NCBI RefSeq assembly: GCF_006345805.1
Contig: NC_043007.1
Coordinates: forward strand, 26,970,001-27,034,000
Source of the DNA: Octopus sinensis
Taxonomy: Eukaryota
Direction: 5' to 3'
Length of the DNA: 64,000 nt
The notes beneath the pieces were generated by a model. That model made no database searches, was not told the DNA's origin, and worked only from the letters and a program-made list of their open reading frames with translations. The position numbers and the translations under genes are program-made. Numbering within the stretch: the first letter of the stretch is position 1; each line of letters opens with the position of its first letter. Below, piece by piece: positions 1-14,369 of this stretch.

Positions 1-293
1 TCAGTGGTTTGGGCAGCGGACTCGCGGTCGGAGGATCGCGGTTTCGATTCCCAGACCGGGCGTTGTGTGTGTTTATTGAGTGAAAACACCTAAAAGCTCC
101 ACGAGGTTCCGGCAGGAGAGGGTGGCATCTCCTGTTGTACTCTTTCGCTACAACTTTCTCTCGCTCTCTCTTCCTGTTTCTTGGGTAACGCTGCGATGAA
201 CTGGCGTCCCGTTCAGGTGGGGGGAACACATACACCATAGAAACCGGGAAACCGGGCCCAGGAACCTGGCTAGGCTTGAAAAGGGCGAAAAAA
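1..293 (+). mobile_element. tRNA-derived SINE with V-domain-like core (5' end cut by window edge)
   Basis: tRNA-like head with B-box-like GGTTTCGATTCC. Central GCTGCGATGAACTGGCGTCCCGTTCAGG resembles the V-SINE conserved domain. A-rich end. Colinear with the copy at 59187-59497. Confidence 0.75.
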
Positions 294-337
294 TGTACTG
301 TGCGCGGGGTAATACCGTTAAAACTTGCAATGGTTAC

Positions 338-419
338 AATAATAGTAGTAGTAGATGTAGTAATAGCAGCAACAGCGGTAGTAGTAGTAGCAGTGGTGGT
401 GGTAGTGGTGGTAGTAGTT

Positions 420-457
<38 letters not shown>

Positions 458-506
458 TATAGTAGTAGTAGCAGTAGAAGTGGTGGTGGCAGTGGCGGTG
501 GTAGTT

Positions 507-540
<34 letters not shown>
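338..540. repeat. (GTA)n/(GTG)n trinucleotide microsatellite
   Basis: Directly visible; explains the poly-V and poly-S ORFs at 276-586. Confidence 0.95.
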
Positions 541-1175
541 GTGTTATTGTTTTGTTAATTTCTGTTTAACCCCAGCTCAAGCCTGATCGAGCAGACTTCC
601 ATAGAATAATGGTGGAAACCAAACTCATCGCAATTTTTTTTCTTTGCTTTATTCAAAATAATAAATTCAATTTTCCAGAAGCCTACTGTGGATTCGAGCT
701 AGTGGAGATTTCAAATCAACTCCACATAATAAACTGCCGTGATAAATCTGGTAAGTACACACTTGATGATGTAGTTTGAATTATGCAACAAAGACATTAG
801 CATCACGACTCTAATATATTTCGTCATGTCTGCTCTCTACAGACTTAGCCTGATGGCTAAGTAACAGCGCAAGCGAAAGTTTGTTGCCGTTGTCGCTATT
901 TTCACAGTTCAGACTTAACCGAGGAAGTTTATTATCAAAAATAACCCAGCACTTACCATTTCATCTGAAAGTGTTTTCAACCATCGTGTATCTGGGAGAG
1001 CGATTCTCAACCATTTTGTTATTCTTAAGAACTCCTTTGATGTCTATTTTATTCCCCGGGATAACAATTCCACGATAACACTTCCAATCAGTTAAGATCA
1101 GAAGCCACGAGAGCCACTGCCTTGTACTGCATCAGATTATTATTATCATCATCATCATCAACATCATTATTATTA

Positions 1176-1216
<41 letters not shown>

Positions 1217-1253
1217 TTATTATTATTATATTATTATTATTATTATTATTATT

Positions 1254-1742
1254 GTCTTTGCACAGCTTCTAAAGCTGGAGATGTACTATGATGTCAGCTG
1301 TTGAGTACCAATAACCAAAGGTAACAACCCTTCTTTTTCAAGCACCATCCGGAGTATTCGAGCGGTTCCAAGCTGTGCTGTTTTCTGTAAGTGCTCCACC
1401 CTTATTGCAGCGCTATTTGTTCCATGTATTTCTCAAGATTTCTGCTCACTGTTGCCAGGGCTCCAACAATTATTGGTACTACTACCAATTTTTCAGCGAC
1501 CACAACTGCTTAAACCCCCAAGCTAACCTGTCATATTTATCGACTTTTCTTTCTTCTTTATCGCATACGTTGTTGACAGCTGGGCATGCTATATCTATGA
1601 TTTTGCATAGTTTGCTTTCTTTCTCAATTAACTCTATGTCTGGTTTCCTATTCTCTATCTCATGGTCGCACTAAATCATAAAATCTCTTAGGATCTTTGC
1701 ATTATCATTTTCGATGATGCCTTCGGACTTATGTTCGTACCA
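1254..1742 (-). mobile_element. 5'-truncated R4/Dong-clade non-LTR retrotransposon 3' end (restriction-like endonuclease domain), decayed
   Basis: Minus-strand translation WYEHKSEGIIENDNAKILRDFMI*CDHEIENRKPDIELIEKESKLCKIIDIACP...KEERKVDKYDRL...(frameshift)VVVPIIVGALATV...LQKTAQLGTARILRMVL, i.e. a PD..D..K RLE motif. The 3' end runs into (AAT)n. Confidence 0.8.
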
Positions 1743-1904
1743 GAGGGTGAAGAGGAGTGATTGGATCCTAACACAGCGTTAGAGCAGAAGAAAACAACAT
1801 AGCATGGTATGTAAAAAATGCCACAGAACCATTATTATTAGAAGTAAGATGGCCAGGTTTATGTAGGGCGGAAGATGCGAAGACAAAACACTGTACAAGG
1901 ACTC

Positions 1905-2039
1905 GACAAACGATGCCGGTGAGTTTACGTCCCCGTAACTTAGCGGTTCGGCAACACAGACCTATAGAATAAGTACTAGGCTTACAAAGAATAAATTCTG
2001 GGTCGATTTGCTCGAATGACTGAAACAAGTAAAAGAGTA
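1905..2039 (+). mobile_element. 3' half of SINE family B (duplicated at 3278-3413)
   Basis: Matches the 3' half of the full copies at 33588-33953 and 61781-62191 (CTTAGCGGTTCGGC...AATAAGTACT...GGGTCGATTTGCTCG...GAAACAAGTAAAAGAGTA). Confidence 0.75.
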
Positions 2040-2071
2040 TCATTATTAATATTATTGTTATTATTATTGTT

Positions 2072-2121
<50 letters not shown>

Positions 2122-2558
2122 TATTATTATATTATTATTATCATTATTAATATATTATTGCATCAGTGATAGTTGCATACACAAACACATAAACACAAAC
2201 ATACACACACACACACACACAAACATACACACACAAAACACACACACCACACACACACCACACACACACACACACCACACACACACACACAGAGCAAATT
2301 AATTTAAAAGTTTTATTCTTAAAGGATGTCATATACATTCGTTCAACAGATTTTTATAAAATCGACATAAAACAGAAAAAGAACAATTCAGAAAAGAATA
2401 AAAAGAACTGCCTTAAAAATTTAGTTTTGTTATTTTCTGTTTAAAAAAATTACCTGTAAATCTTATAAAACCGTATATAGTCATATAAATAAAATTATCA
2501 GTAAACAAATGTTATTATAACAAATATTTTATAATCATCATCATCATCGTCGTCGTCG

Positions 2559-2591
<33 letters not shown>

Positions 2592-2624
2592 TATTATTAT
2601 TATTTTATTATTATTATTATTATT

Positions 2625-3114
2625 GTCTTTGCACAGCTTCTAAAGCTGGAGATGTACTATGATGTCAGCTGTTGAGTACCAATAACCAAAGGTAACAACC
2701 CTTCTTTTTCAAGCACCATCCGGAGTATTCGAGCGGTTCCAAGCTGTGCTGTTTTCTGTAAGTGCTCCACCCTTATTGCAGCGCCTATTTGTTCCATGTA
2801 TTTCTCAAGATTTCTGCTCACTGTTGCCAGGGCTCCAACAATTATTGGTACTACTACCAATTTTTCAGCGACCACAACTGCTTAAACCCCCAAGCTAACC
2901 TGTCATATTTATCGACTTTTCTTTCTTCTTTATCGCATACGTTGTTGACAGCTGGGCATGCTATATCTATGATTTTGCATAGTTTGCTTTCTTTCTCAAT
3001 TAACTCTATGTCTGGTTTCCTATTCTCTATCTCATGGTCGCACTAAATCATAAAATCTCTTAGGATCTTTGCATTATCATTTTCGATGATGCCTTCGGAC
3101 TTATGTTCGTACCA
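2625..3114 (-). mobile_element. Second copy of the R4/Dong-type 3' end (inside the tandem duplication)
   Basis: Same sequence as 1254-1742; ORF 2657-2875 gives VVVPIIVGALATVSRNLEKYMEQIG...LQKTAQLGTARILRMVLEK. Confidence 0.8.
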
Positions 3115-3445
3115 GAGGGTGAAGAGGAGTGATTGGATCCTAACACAGCGTTAGAGCAGAAGAAAACAACATAGCATGGTATGTAAAAAATGCCACAGAA
3201 CCATTATTATTAGAAGTAAGATGGCCAGGTTTATGTAGGGCGGAAGGATGCGAAGACAAAACACTGTACAAGGACTCGACAAACGATGCCGGTGAGTTTA
3301 CGTCCCCGTAACTTAGCGGTTCGGCAACACAGACCTATAGAATAAGTACTAGGCTTACAAAGAATAAATTCTGGGGTCGATTTGCTCGAATGACTGAAAC
3401 AAGTAAAAGAGTATCATTATTAATATTATTGTTATTATTATTGTT

Positions 3446-3495
<50 letters not shown>

Positions 3496-3608
3496 TATTA
3501 TTATCATTATTATTATCATTATTAATATTATTATTGCATCAGTGATAGTTGCATACACAAACACATAAACACAAACATACACACACACACACACAAACAT
3601 ACACACAC

Positions 3609-3665
<57 letters not shown>

Positions 3666-3929
3666 CAAATTAATTTAAAAGTTTTATTCTTAAAGGATGT
3701 CATATACATTCGTTCAACAGATTTTTATAAAATCGACATAAAACAGAAAAAGAACAATTCAGAAAAGAATAAAAAGAACTGCCTTAAAAATTTAGTTTTG
3801 TTATTTTCTGTTTAAAAAAATTACCTGTAAATCTTATAAAACCGTATATAGTCATATAAATAAAATTATCAGTAAACAAATGTTATTATAACAAATATTT
3901 TATAATCATCATCATCATCGTCGTCGTCG

Positions 3930-3931
<2 letters not shown>

Positions 3932-4017
<86 letters not shown>

Positions 4018-4062
4018 CAGTAATAGTATTAGTATTAGTATTATTGTTATTGTTCTCCTTCT

Positions 4063-4101
<39 letters not shown>

Positions 4102-4180
4102 ACTTCCCCTTCTTATTCTTCTTCCTCCTCCCCTCCTCCTCCTCTTCTTCTTCTTCTTCTTCTTCTTCTTCTTCTTCCTC
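3932..4180. repeat. Compound (TTA)n-(GTA)n-(CTT)n microsatellite
   Basis: Directly visible. Confidence 0.9.
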
Positions 4181-4479
4181 TTGTTAGTATTAGTATATGG
4201 TGTTGCTATTTCACATACAGTCCTGAAAATGCGGCTTCCTCCTAAACTAATTTCAGAAATATTAACTTATTTTCTAACGCGAATTTATTCAATGAATCTC
4301 AAACAGCAACAAGAGCAGCAACAACAAGAAAACAGCAGCAAGAACAACAACGACAACAATAATCATAATAATAATAGTTATAATAATATAAATATTAGTT
4401 ATATATATAAACCTAGAGGCTACCATGATTACATTATACGTAATATAGTTTATTATGGAGCATTAAGACACACCCGCGC

Positions 4480-5160
<681 letters not shown>

Positions 5161-5161
5161 T

Positions 5162-5240
5162 AGGCGCAGGTATGGCTGTGTGGTAAGAAGGTTGCTTCCC
5201 AATCACAAGCCTCCAGGTTGAGTCCTATTGCGTGTCACCA
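5162..5240 (+). mobile_element. SINE family B head fragment
   Basis: AGGCGCAGG-ATGGCTGTGTGGTAAG... matches the tRNA-like head of family B. Confidence 0.6.
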
Positions 5241-6457
5241 ATAAAGTTTTGGAGGTGAATATAGTAAACGGAAATAATTCCGTGGTATAATATATGTGTG
5301 TGCGCACACGTTCATGCGCCCCTGTGTGTGAGTGCATGTAAGTGTGTGTGAATGTTTGTGTGTTTGTGCGTGCATTTTTGTTTCAATATACATCTCTGTA
5401 TAGAAAACGATCAAAAAGATATACATAAGCCTATATCACACTCTAATCTACAAACTTACAGACATATCTAGAAATAACTATAGGTAAGTCCGTACACATG
5501 CGGGCATGTACGTGTGTGCTTATATTAACTTATGTAAGTATCTATGTTGATACATAAATCAGAAAAGAGCTGTTGTATGTTATATTATATATATATAAGT
5601 TGAATCGTTTCATGCACCAACGATCATCAGGCGAGGAAACAGCTACACGGAAGTCATGCGTGTATATGGGAAGTTCTATTGGATAGTAATATTAATAAAT
5701 AAGTGAACGTGAGATCGTCATCGTTATTTACAATATAAATATTCTATGGGAGGCTCTGGGTTTGTGCACCTTGTACACATATTGGCCTAGGTGTATATAT
5801 GTCTGTAGAGAAAGAAACGAAGTATCACGAAGCCCAAGATGTGACAGATGTATGCAAAATTGATTATATTTATACAGAATTGATTAGATATATATAAAAT
5901 TAATTAGAAACATTCTACGTCAAGAGACCAGTTCAAACCGAACGAACAATAGTAAAAACCATAGATACGTGTGCGGATAATGAATTCTCTTCTTCAAAAA
6001 TATGGAGTCAATATAACATATTTAAAACGAGATTTAAACCGTGTACGGTACACACCTGGCAGGAATGGATCATGCTATAACAATAACTTTGAAATAAATT
6101 GGTTTAAAATATAAATAACAGTGTATTAGCTATAGATGAACCAACAATCACGAGTAAACGAAATAACATATTTACATGCTGATCGAAATGTGCATCCGCT
6201 TTCAATCGTTTTTATAACGATTTAATCACGCTACAAGGAAGGGAAGAGAAGTTCAAACAAATTAAAGTTATCATGATATAAATTCATATATTTTTCTAAT
6301 AAAATTCACATGGCGGCACTTGTTGACGGTTTTTTCTGATGGCTGCTGCATGTTATATGTATGGATATTGAATATAGAAGACATCCGTATCGAGTAGAAG
6401 AATATGTTAGGCACAAGCAGCTGAAACAATTCATTATTCAGTCTATATTACAAATAA

Positions 6458-6642
6458 AGGCGGCGAGTTGGCAGAAACGTTAGCACGCCGGGGAAATGCT
6501 TTGTGGTATTTCGTCCGTCGCTGCGTTCTGAGTTCAAATTAAGTGCCAGTTACGTACTGGGGTCAATGTAATCGACGTAATCCCCTTCTCTGTCCTTGTT
6601 TGTCCCCTCTATGTTTAGCCCATTGTGGGCAGTAAAGAAATA
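6458..6642 (+). mobile_element. SINE family A (Meta-domain-like) with internal deletion
   Basis: AAGGCGGCGAG-TGGCAGAAACGTTAGCACGCCGG head and TTTAGCCC-TTGTGGG-AGTAAAGAAATA tail. The central segment is missing relative to 34653-34885. Confidence 0.85.
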
Positions 6643-7227
6643 TATGGGACAAATATGAAAATATGTCTCCAAGTGTGGCACCAACAATAAAACATGTTTA
6701 ATATTTTCTGGGGAAATGCTAAAAGAAACGGTAACTATTTCGTAGTTTATATGAAGTTTGAATTATAACAGCATCAAGAAGTTTATAGGTGTTCACTTCA
6801 GAAGTTTACTTCAGGAAATGTCTTTCTGAATTGGTGTTTTAAAAAAAAAAAATTTTTCCTCTTGGTGTCATTGGATTGCGGCCTTTCTGGAGCACCGCAT
6901 TGATGTGTTAGATCTGATAATTTGAGCAGAGTTCTAATATTCAAACTTACGATACTTATAGCGATTCCTTTTTCTGAACCACTAAATTTCAGGGATGTAA
7001 TCAAAACAACACCGGCTGTCAAGCGGTGGTAGTGCGGACAGACAGAGACCCAAAGACAAACACAAATATATAGACACATATGTATACGCACACATACGTA
7101 CATACATTCATATATATACACACACAGAGACATACATACGTACGTACGTAGACACGTACATGCATACATACATACAACACATACAGACGTACATGGTACG
7201 TACGTACATACGTAAGGCAAAGGGTTA

Positions 7228-7565
7228 AAACAGCCTTCGGTTATGAATGATCATGGGATTGCACCCGGAAAGTTCCCCTCCGGGGCAAAAGTCCTGGTAT
7301 GATTGTTTATGGAAGTCGAGTAACTGCTCATGCATATCAGCCTCTCCTCTCCATGGCAACGATGTTGTCCAAAGTGAAGGCAAAGACCCATGCATCTTGG
7401 CACTAGTGACATCGTAACTCTTTTCTACAGATGAGTGAACTGGTGCAAAATGAAATACAGGGTGCGATGGGTAAATTGTCGCCGTTATACATTTCTACTT
7501 TCGGAATCGAACGCATTACCTCAAGATTGTGAGCCCGACACTCTTTCCACTGAGTCATGCGCCTT
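7228..7565 (-). mobile_element. tRNA-derived SINE family C, diverged
   Basis: Minus-strand head AAGGCGCATGACTCAGTGG...GCGTTCGATTCCG (A and B boxes). Its 3' part matches 40989-41090. Confidence 0.65.
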
Positions 7566-7567
7566 CA

Positions 7568-7808
7568 CATACATACATAATACATACATACATGCATACA
7601 TACATACATACATACATACATACATACATACATACATACATACATACATACATACATACATACATACATAAATACATACATAATACATACTTACATTCAT
7701 AAATACATAAATACATACATAATACATACATACATTCATAAATACATACATACATACATACATACATACATACATACATACATACCTACATACATACATA
7801 CATACATC
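7568..7808. repeat. (TACA)n microsatellite
   Basis: Directly visible. Confidence 0.95.
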
Positions 7809-7850
7809 CATAAGTAATATGTACATGTGGTGGTGTGTGTGCATATGTAT

Positions 7851-8010
7851 TCGACGGGTCCCATACTTCCATCTGTCAAATTCACAGAAAAGGAATTGTT
7901 CGATCAAGAGCTATAATGTAAAACGTGCCCAAAGTTCCTCACCGTAGAAGTGAACACGAAACAACGTTGATGCCATGCAAGCTTCTCAATCATGCAGCTA
8001 CACCTGCGCC
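7851..8010 (-). mobile_element. Degenerate SINE family B 5' half
   Basis: Minus strand begins GGCGCAGGTGTAGCTG and is colinear with 9256-9419. Confidence 0.55.
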
Positions 8011-8694
8011 AATTTCATCATATATTGCATGAAAATATAACATGTGTATACAACCAATAAACACAGCCAAACAAACGGCAATAAATGATGTAAGAATTGT
8101 ATAACTGAAAACAAACACGACAAAAGTTGTTGCAGCAACAAATTTATTAATATTGCAATGAGAAAGTAGGTTATCAGCGGTGACAGAAAAGCAGTCAACA
8201 GAAACAAAGAACGAACATTCTTCTCCACATCTGATAGTTACCTGCAGCCATAAAAGAACAACATTGGAGTTGACCACAAAGCAACAATAAATGCATTCAG
8301 CTAGTAATGCGAGTACTTTTTTTCCAATACCTCGTTAATCACCGGAGAAATACTGAACAACACTGATTACTGACCGATTGCATTATCTGTGTGTGTATGT
8401 ATACATATGTGTGTGTATTATGTCCGTGCTCACGTTTTCACACGCATATATATACATATATACATTGCTGTGTACGCGGGTGTGTGTTAGTATATTTTTG
8501 TATATGTGTCGTATGTACTATAAACATTGAACATACTCGTTGGCCTTGCTTGCTTCACAAACAATTTTGCCTTTATCTCCAACTTTCCTCCGTCTCCCTC
8601 GGTGTTATTCTTCCCCCTCCGTCTGTACTACAGCACCCAACCAGACAATGGTGCACACCCACCCATATATGTATATATATATATATATATACAT

Positions 8695-8728
<34 letters not shown>

Positions 8729-9168
8729 TATATATATATATATATTTACATATATATAAGAGAGTCAAAACTATTGAAAAGATTGCAAGACGCAACAAAA
8801 ATTTTAGCAAAATAAAGAAGGAAATGAGTGGAAAATTTACCGGTGAGTGTCTTAATTTATAAGACACTAAAAGAGAATGACTCTCCCCAGACACAAGAGT
8901 ATATATATGCTTCAACCCACTTATGTCTGTCTGTCTGTCTCTCTCTCTCTCTATATATATATAGAGAGAGAGATCCCCTCTATTTTCTTATTGCCCTATG
9001 AATTAATGGTAAAATATCTCCTTACCCTCATCCATTTATTACACTCGGTAATGTAATGGCCATGCAATGAAAAAACACTTGTGTATTAATAATTGGGTAT
9101 TCTACCAGCAGTATATTGGATAGATATTATCCCTTTGTTGGCTGGAATCACAACCTCTAACTTTCTTG

Positions 9169-9226
<58 letters not shown>

Positions 9227-9255
9227 ATATATATATATATAATATATATATATAT

Positions 9256-9419
9256 ACGACGAGCTTCTTTCAGTTTCCATCAACCAAATCCACTCACAAG
9301 GCCTTGGGCAGCCCGAGCCCATAGTAGTAGATACTTGCCTAAGGTGCCACGCAGTGAGACTGAACCGGGAACCATGTGGTTGGTTAGCAAGTTTCTTACC
9401 ACACAGCCACTCCTGCGCC
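9256..9419 (-). mobile_element. SINE family B 5' half running into (TA)n
   Basis: GGCGCAGGAGTGGCTGTGTGGTAAG...GGTTCCCGGTTCAGTC...CCTTAGGCAAG...GAAACTGAAAGAAGCTCGTCGT, then (TA)n. Confidence 0.85.
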
Positions 9420-9863
9420 ACACATATATGCGCGAGAAAGGGTATGAGTACACGCAGATATGATTCCTGAATCTATGCTTGATGCTCTAAGTGTGAAAGA
9501 TATTGAGGAATATAATATTTAAAATACATGAAACGGATAAAAGTAGAATGAAAACAACAACAGAATTACTGCGTGAGGCATGGAAATCAATAATTTATAT
9601 ATAGCTTTGTAAGATCCCGCATCAGAAGACAAAAAAAAAAAGGAAAAGAATTCCAATGCAATTTATATTTGTAATTAACTCACCATTCTTGTGTGTTATC
9701 ATTAGGAAGATTTCAATTATGGGACATGTTAGAAAAACAAGCTTTGGCCTTTTCATCTAATGTGATTCCTATTGACAGCGTCTTCTAAACGAATAAAACA
9801 AATAATGACTATTTCTATCATTGTCTTCATTTGATAAAGTCCTCGCAATATATTGTGTATACA

Positions 9864-10150
9864 AGGCGCATGGCTTAGTGGTTAAGGTTTTTGCACTCGA
9901 GATTGCGAGATCGGGGGTTTGATTACCATACTCGGCGTTGCGTTGTGTTCTTGAGCAAGGCACTTCATTTCACGTTGCTCTGTTATCATTTCGACATCTG
10001 GCATGCGGAACCCAGTTGCACCTGTACAGGTTATGTTGATCTGATGGAGGGGGCGAGCTTATCTCTACACAAACGTTTGATCACTATAAACAAATCATCT
10101 GGGTGTTTGTTCAACAAGAAATTATTGAACCCTTATACGTCATCTAACAA
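9864..10150 (+). mobile_element. tRNA-derived SINE with CORE-like segment (related copy at 56270-56410, minus strand)
   Basis: AGGCGCATGGCTTAGTGGTTAAGG A-box head. TTGTGTTCTTGAGCAAGGCACTTCATTTCACGTTGCTC resembles the start of a CORE domain. Confidence 0.65.
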
Positions 10151-10169
10151 CGGGAATGTTTATCAAGTG

Positions 10170-10235
<66 letters not shown>

Positions 10236-13010
10236 CACACATATATATGATGGGAGGGAGAGTATTACTATAATTACCTGATGAACACTTACCTGAAACC
10301 CTGAGTGACATTTAGATAAGATTTTTTTGCAGTTTTAATGAAATAGTATAGAATATATTACTCAACCATTGGTATTCGAATACTAACTTCCCACCATATC
10401 TCTCCCACATATATATACATATAGATGGGTGTGTGAGTTATGACTAACTACACTGAATCAGAGGAGATTATCTAAAGAATAAATAATTCTCCAAGGTTGA
10501 TAAGCCATTTAGGAAAAGGACAGGCTTATTGTCTGGTAATAAAAGTACAATCAGGAAATATGTCTCCTATTCAACATCCGTAATCAGGACCAAAATTCTG
10601 TGACCTTAACTCCAATAGCTGAAAGATTTAGACTTAAATGAGTTAAAAGAAATTGCTCAAATTGGCTGGTGGTATATATTTGAATAAAACAGAGAAACTG
10701 AGGTAATCTTGTTGGTGTTATTGTTGTTGCATGTGGTGGAGACGGTGCCGTTTGGCGCCAGTTCAGCTCCGGTTCTGTTGACCTATGGCGATAAGATTTC
10801 CATCTGTCAAAATCTTCCTTTTGTTTCCGACAGAGAACAAAATCATAAGTCTGTCATTTCATTTTTATATTTAACCAGAATCCAATTTGTAAAAAATGTC
10901 GCTTCCTTACTTGGAATCTATTTAAGCAGTTTAGCAACAGAAATAACCAAATACACACGGACTAAATTAGAGATTTCGTTTCAATTGTGTTTTCAAAACA
11001 CTTTATTCGACATGTGATGCTAATTCCGATAAAAACGACAAGAGATAATTATACTATTACACCCTTATCATTCTCCAATAGAGAACATGTGCAGTTGTAC
11101 TGAAGCGAAAGGTAATTAAAAACCCATTTGGCTGTTTAGCCATAACGGTTGAATATTTTCCTCTTAACGATGAATTACAACATTGTGATAAAGGAATAAA
11201 GATTCAATGCAATGCAATGTATGGTAACATAGTATAAAACGGTCGTTCCATTAGCTTGTATATATTATACATGATTAACTGGAATTATTAATCGAAAGCA
11301 GGTCCGGAAACGGATGTTCTTTTACTTTGGAGAGGTCTCCATTTACGTTGGAAACTAATTTGAAATAGAGGCTTTAAAAGGTTTCATTCCTCGGAGAAAC
11401 AAAGACGATGCTGATTTCTAACACTGATTTATGCACAGCACCATAAAAAGAACAAAACCAGCATTTGGGTGGTGCCTGTTTTACCGATCTGCGAATTACA
11501 AGGCTAAATCGACATGGGTTTAATTCTAAAATGCATTTCATTTAAAGACATATTGTTTCTGCCGCTCTCTTTCGGATTTACAAACGAATAAGAACAGATA
11601 TATAACTGGTGGTGAATCCTTGTGGAAAATTGGCTTCTGTCAGCTGAAAATAATCTGTGGGCGTCTGTAAAATGCCAATTATTAGATAAAATATAGCGGC
11701 GAGAGGAAGTTCGGTTGACACCATGCCGTGTAAACTTTGGATGTCATTGAATTCCACACAATTAATTCACCAGGAGCTCAACATTTCAATATTTACGGAT
11801 ATCATTGTTAATGGCGACGGCGAAGACTACGTCGACGACGACGGCGATGAGAATGAAGCTAATGATGAAGGTGATGATGATGGCGATGATGGTGATGATT
11901 ATGTGGTGAATGGTATACAGAAATTATCCCATTGAAAATCATAGATAATATGCGAACGTATCGGTCGTAAAAAGAAAACATAATCACAGCTGTTACAATC
12001 TTTCGGCCAGTTGCCAATATTTATGATACAGACGTGAGAATTTAATAATGTCTCACACATATATATACACAAAAACGAGTACAGTGACACACACATACAT
12101 CAATACATATATACATACATACATAAATACATACATACATGCATACATACATACATACATATATATATATAAAATATAAATATATATATATATATAATAA
12201 TACTACATACCTTCGTATTTATTTCGGACATAAGAGAAAAGTTATGTGCAGCCATAAAGATCAGCTTCTGCGCATCTCTTCCAAAGTCTTACGGAGAGGA
12301 GGATAATACCTTTGAACAACTGCTTGAAAACATGCAGCTGTTCAGGCCTGATTATGAATTTTCATTACAATAATCCCTCGACTATCACGGGTCTTACTTT
12401 CCAACCCCAACCCCTCTACGTGATAGATGAAAATCTGCGAAGTAGGATCAACACTGTATATCTCTTTTTATTTTTATAACTTATATATAGTTATTTTATC
12501 AATATTTATGGGCGCAGGTTCCTGCGTCATATAGGTAGCTAGAGGCGATCGCCTCTCGGAGCTAATCAACAGCGGCATTCGTCCTATTTCTCTGGACTGT
12601 CGCGTTAGTTTGGCAATTAATTTTAATACTCAGTACTGCTGCTGTATCTCTCCTTTAGAGAGGTTTAGAAATTATAACATTTCTATATTTATTTTATTAT
12701 AAATGCAAAACAACTCCACAGAGGAATCGACGTATGCGTAAATAATAAAACGCGATATGTGAACCGTGATAGGTGAACCATGATAGGTGAAATGCGATAT
12801 GACGAGAGATTATTGTACACCAATAATCTTATGTATATTAGGAACTGTTTAGCAAGGATTACCAAACAAGGAACAGGATCGGCTAAAAACGAAGTTTATA
12901 GAAGGGGTCCGGAAGTAGCACCTTAGGCAAGGTCTTCTACTGTAGCTTCGAGACGACCAAAACACCTGGAGTGAATTTCGTTGACGGCAACTGACAGAAG
13001 CCTGTTTCAT

Positions 13011-13044
<34 letters not shown>

Positions 13045-13267
13045 GTACACATGTATGTAAGTATGCATTCTTTTATTATTTTAATTGCTTTAGAGTCTCA
13101 TTTGATTGCAGCCATGCTGGAGCACATCCTTAAAGGTTTTGATCGAAGATATTGACCCCAAACTCTTATTCTTTGTAAGCCTGTTTACAAGAAAGTATTT
13201 AAGAAACTAATCAGAATGTGACTCCAAAAAGCATTTTCAGTTCAATAAAAATCATGTTTGTTCGGTA

Positions 13268-13321
<54 letters not shown>

Positions 13322-13848
13322 TATATACGGAGAAGGAGATATATTTCGGAATTTACAAAATATTGTAGAGGAACAACTCACCTGTCTTTATGGCATACAA
13401 AACAAAATGCCAGAAATACAGGTGAGTTCCTCTACAATTCTTTGTAAATTCTTCAATATCCCCTGCTGTGTGTATATATACTACCAAACAAACATGATTT
13501 TTATTGAATTCAAAATGCTTCTTGGAGTCCCGTTCTGAATACTTTCTTAAATAATTTCTTGCAAACTGTTTTTAATATTTTCTTATTATTATCAAAGAAC
13601 GTATATCTTATTATTATCAAAGAACGTATATCTGTATTTTAATACTTTTTCTGATAACCAGTACTTAACACAACAAAGCTCATACAAAGCTTTACATTTT
13701 AATTTTAACAATCTATTTCTAAAAAAGTGAAACCGGTCAAGTGAATAAACATCTTTTAAAATTGCATTTTCAAACCTTCTTTCATATATATTTCCTCTCG
13801 TGCGGTACCTTATAACTTTACTTTGTTTTATAATTATTTATATATATA

Positions 13849-13927
<79 letters not shown>

Positions 13928-14149
13928 AAAGATAGGAAAGCCAATACTACCCCATTTTCTAGCATCTTTCTTGGACTTCTTGTGCCTCTCCATTCAGTAA
14001 TCTGAGCCTGAACGAGTTAGGCTTCTATAATGGAGCTTACAGACTAATGGCACATGAAACAGAATCAAAATATTTTAAATAGCAATAATAATGACTTCAA
14101 AGGGTAGCAATTTCCGGGTGGGTGAAAGTCGGATGCATCAGGCCCAGTA

Positions 14150-14262
14150 CTCAACAGGTACTTATTTTATCGACATTGAAAGAATGAAATTCGCCCTCGG
14201 TGTAATTTGAACTCAGAACGTGCAGCTGAATGAAATATCGCTAAGCATTTCGTCCGGCGAAG
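14150..14262 (-). mobile_element. SINE family A fragment
   Basis: GGTACTTATTTTATCGAC...AATTTGAACTCAGAACG...AAGCATTTCG matches family A in reverse. Confidence 0.65.
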
Positions 14263-14369
14263 TATATTATATATATATATAATATATATATATAATTATA
14301 TATTATATATATATATATGTATATATATATGTACATATATATATGCATATATATAAATATATATATATA

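Larger units (their letters stand above)
1254..3931. repeat. Tandem duplication, 2 x ~1371 bp (1254-2560 and 2625-3931), joined by (TTA)n
   Basis: GTCTTTGCACAGC starts at 1254 and 2625; the units end at 2560 and 3931. The differences I could see are 1-nt indels and microsatellite lengths. Confidence 0.95.

Noticed and set aside
951-1060. Minus-strand donor ATG|GTAAGT with a short open frame
   Set aside because: No convincing acceptor, and there is an upstream in-frame stop.
7990-8277. Two overlapping hydrophobic ORFs with a CAG|GTAAC splice-like site at ~8242
   Set aside because: Hydrophobicity follows from T-rich composition, the 3' end runs into a SINE, and there is no recognisable family. 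RNA-seq or TBLASTN would be needed.
10278-10310. CTGATGA...GAAAC motif; similar hits at 14460, 19091 and 58910
   Set aside because: No helix II or helix I pairing, or no downstream GAAA/NUH; these look like chance matches.
13582-13633. 26-bp direct duplication; similar small duplications at 50580-50615 and 57499-57523
   Set aside because: These look like ordinary local slippage duplications, with no evidence of TSDs or function.
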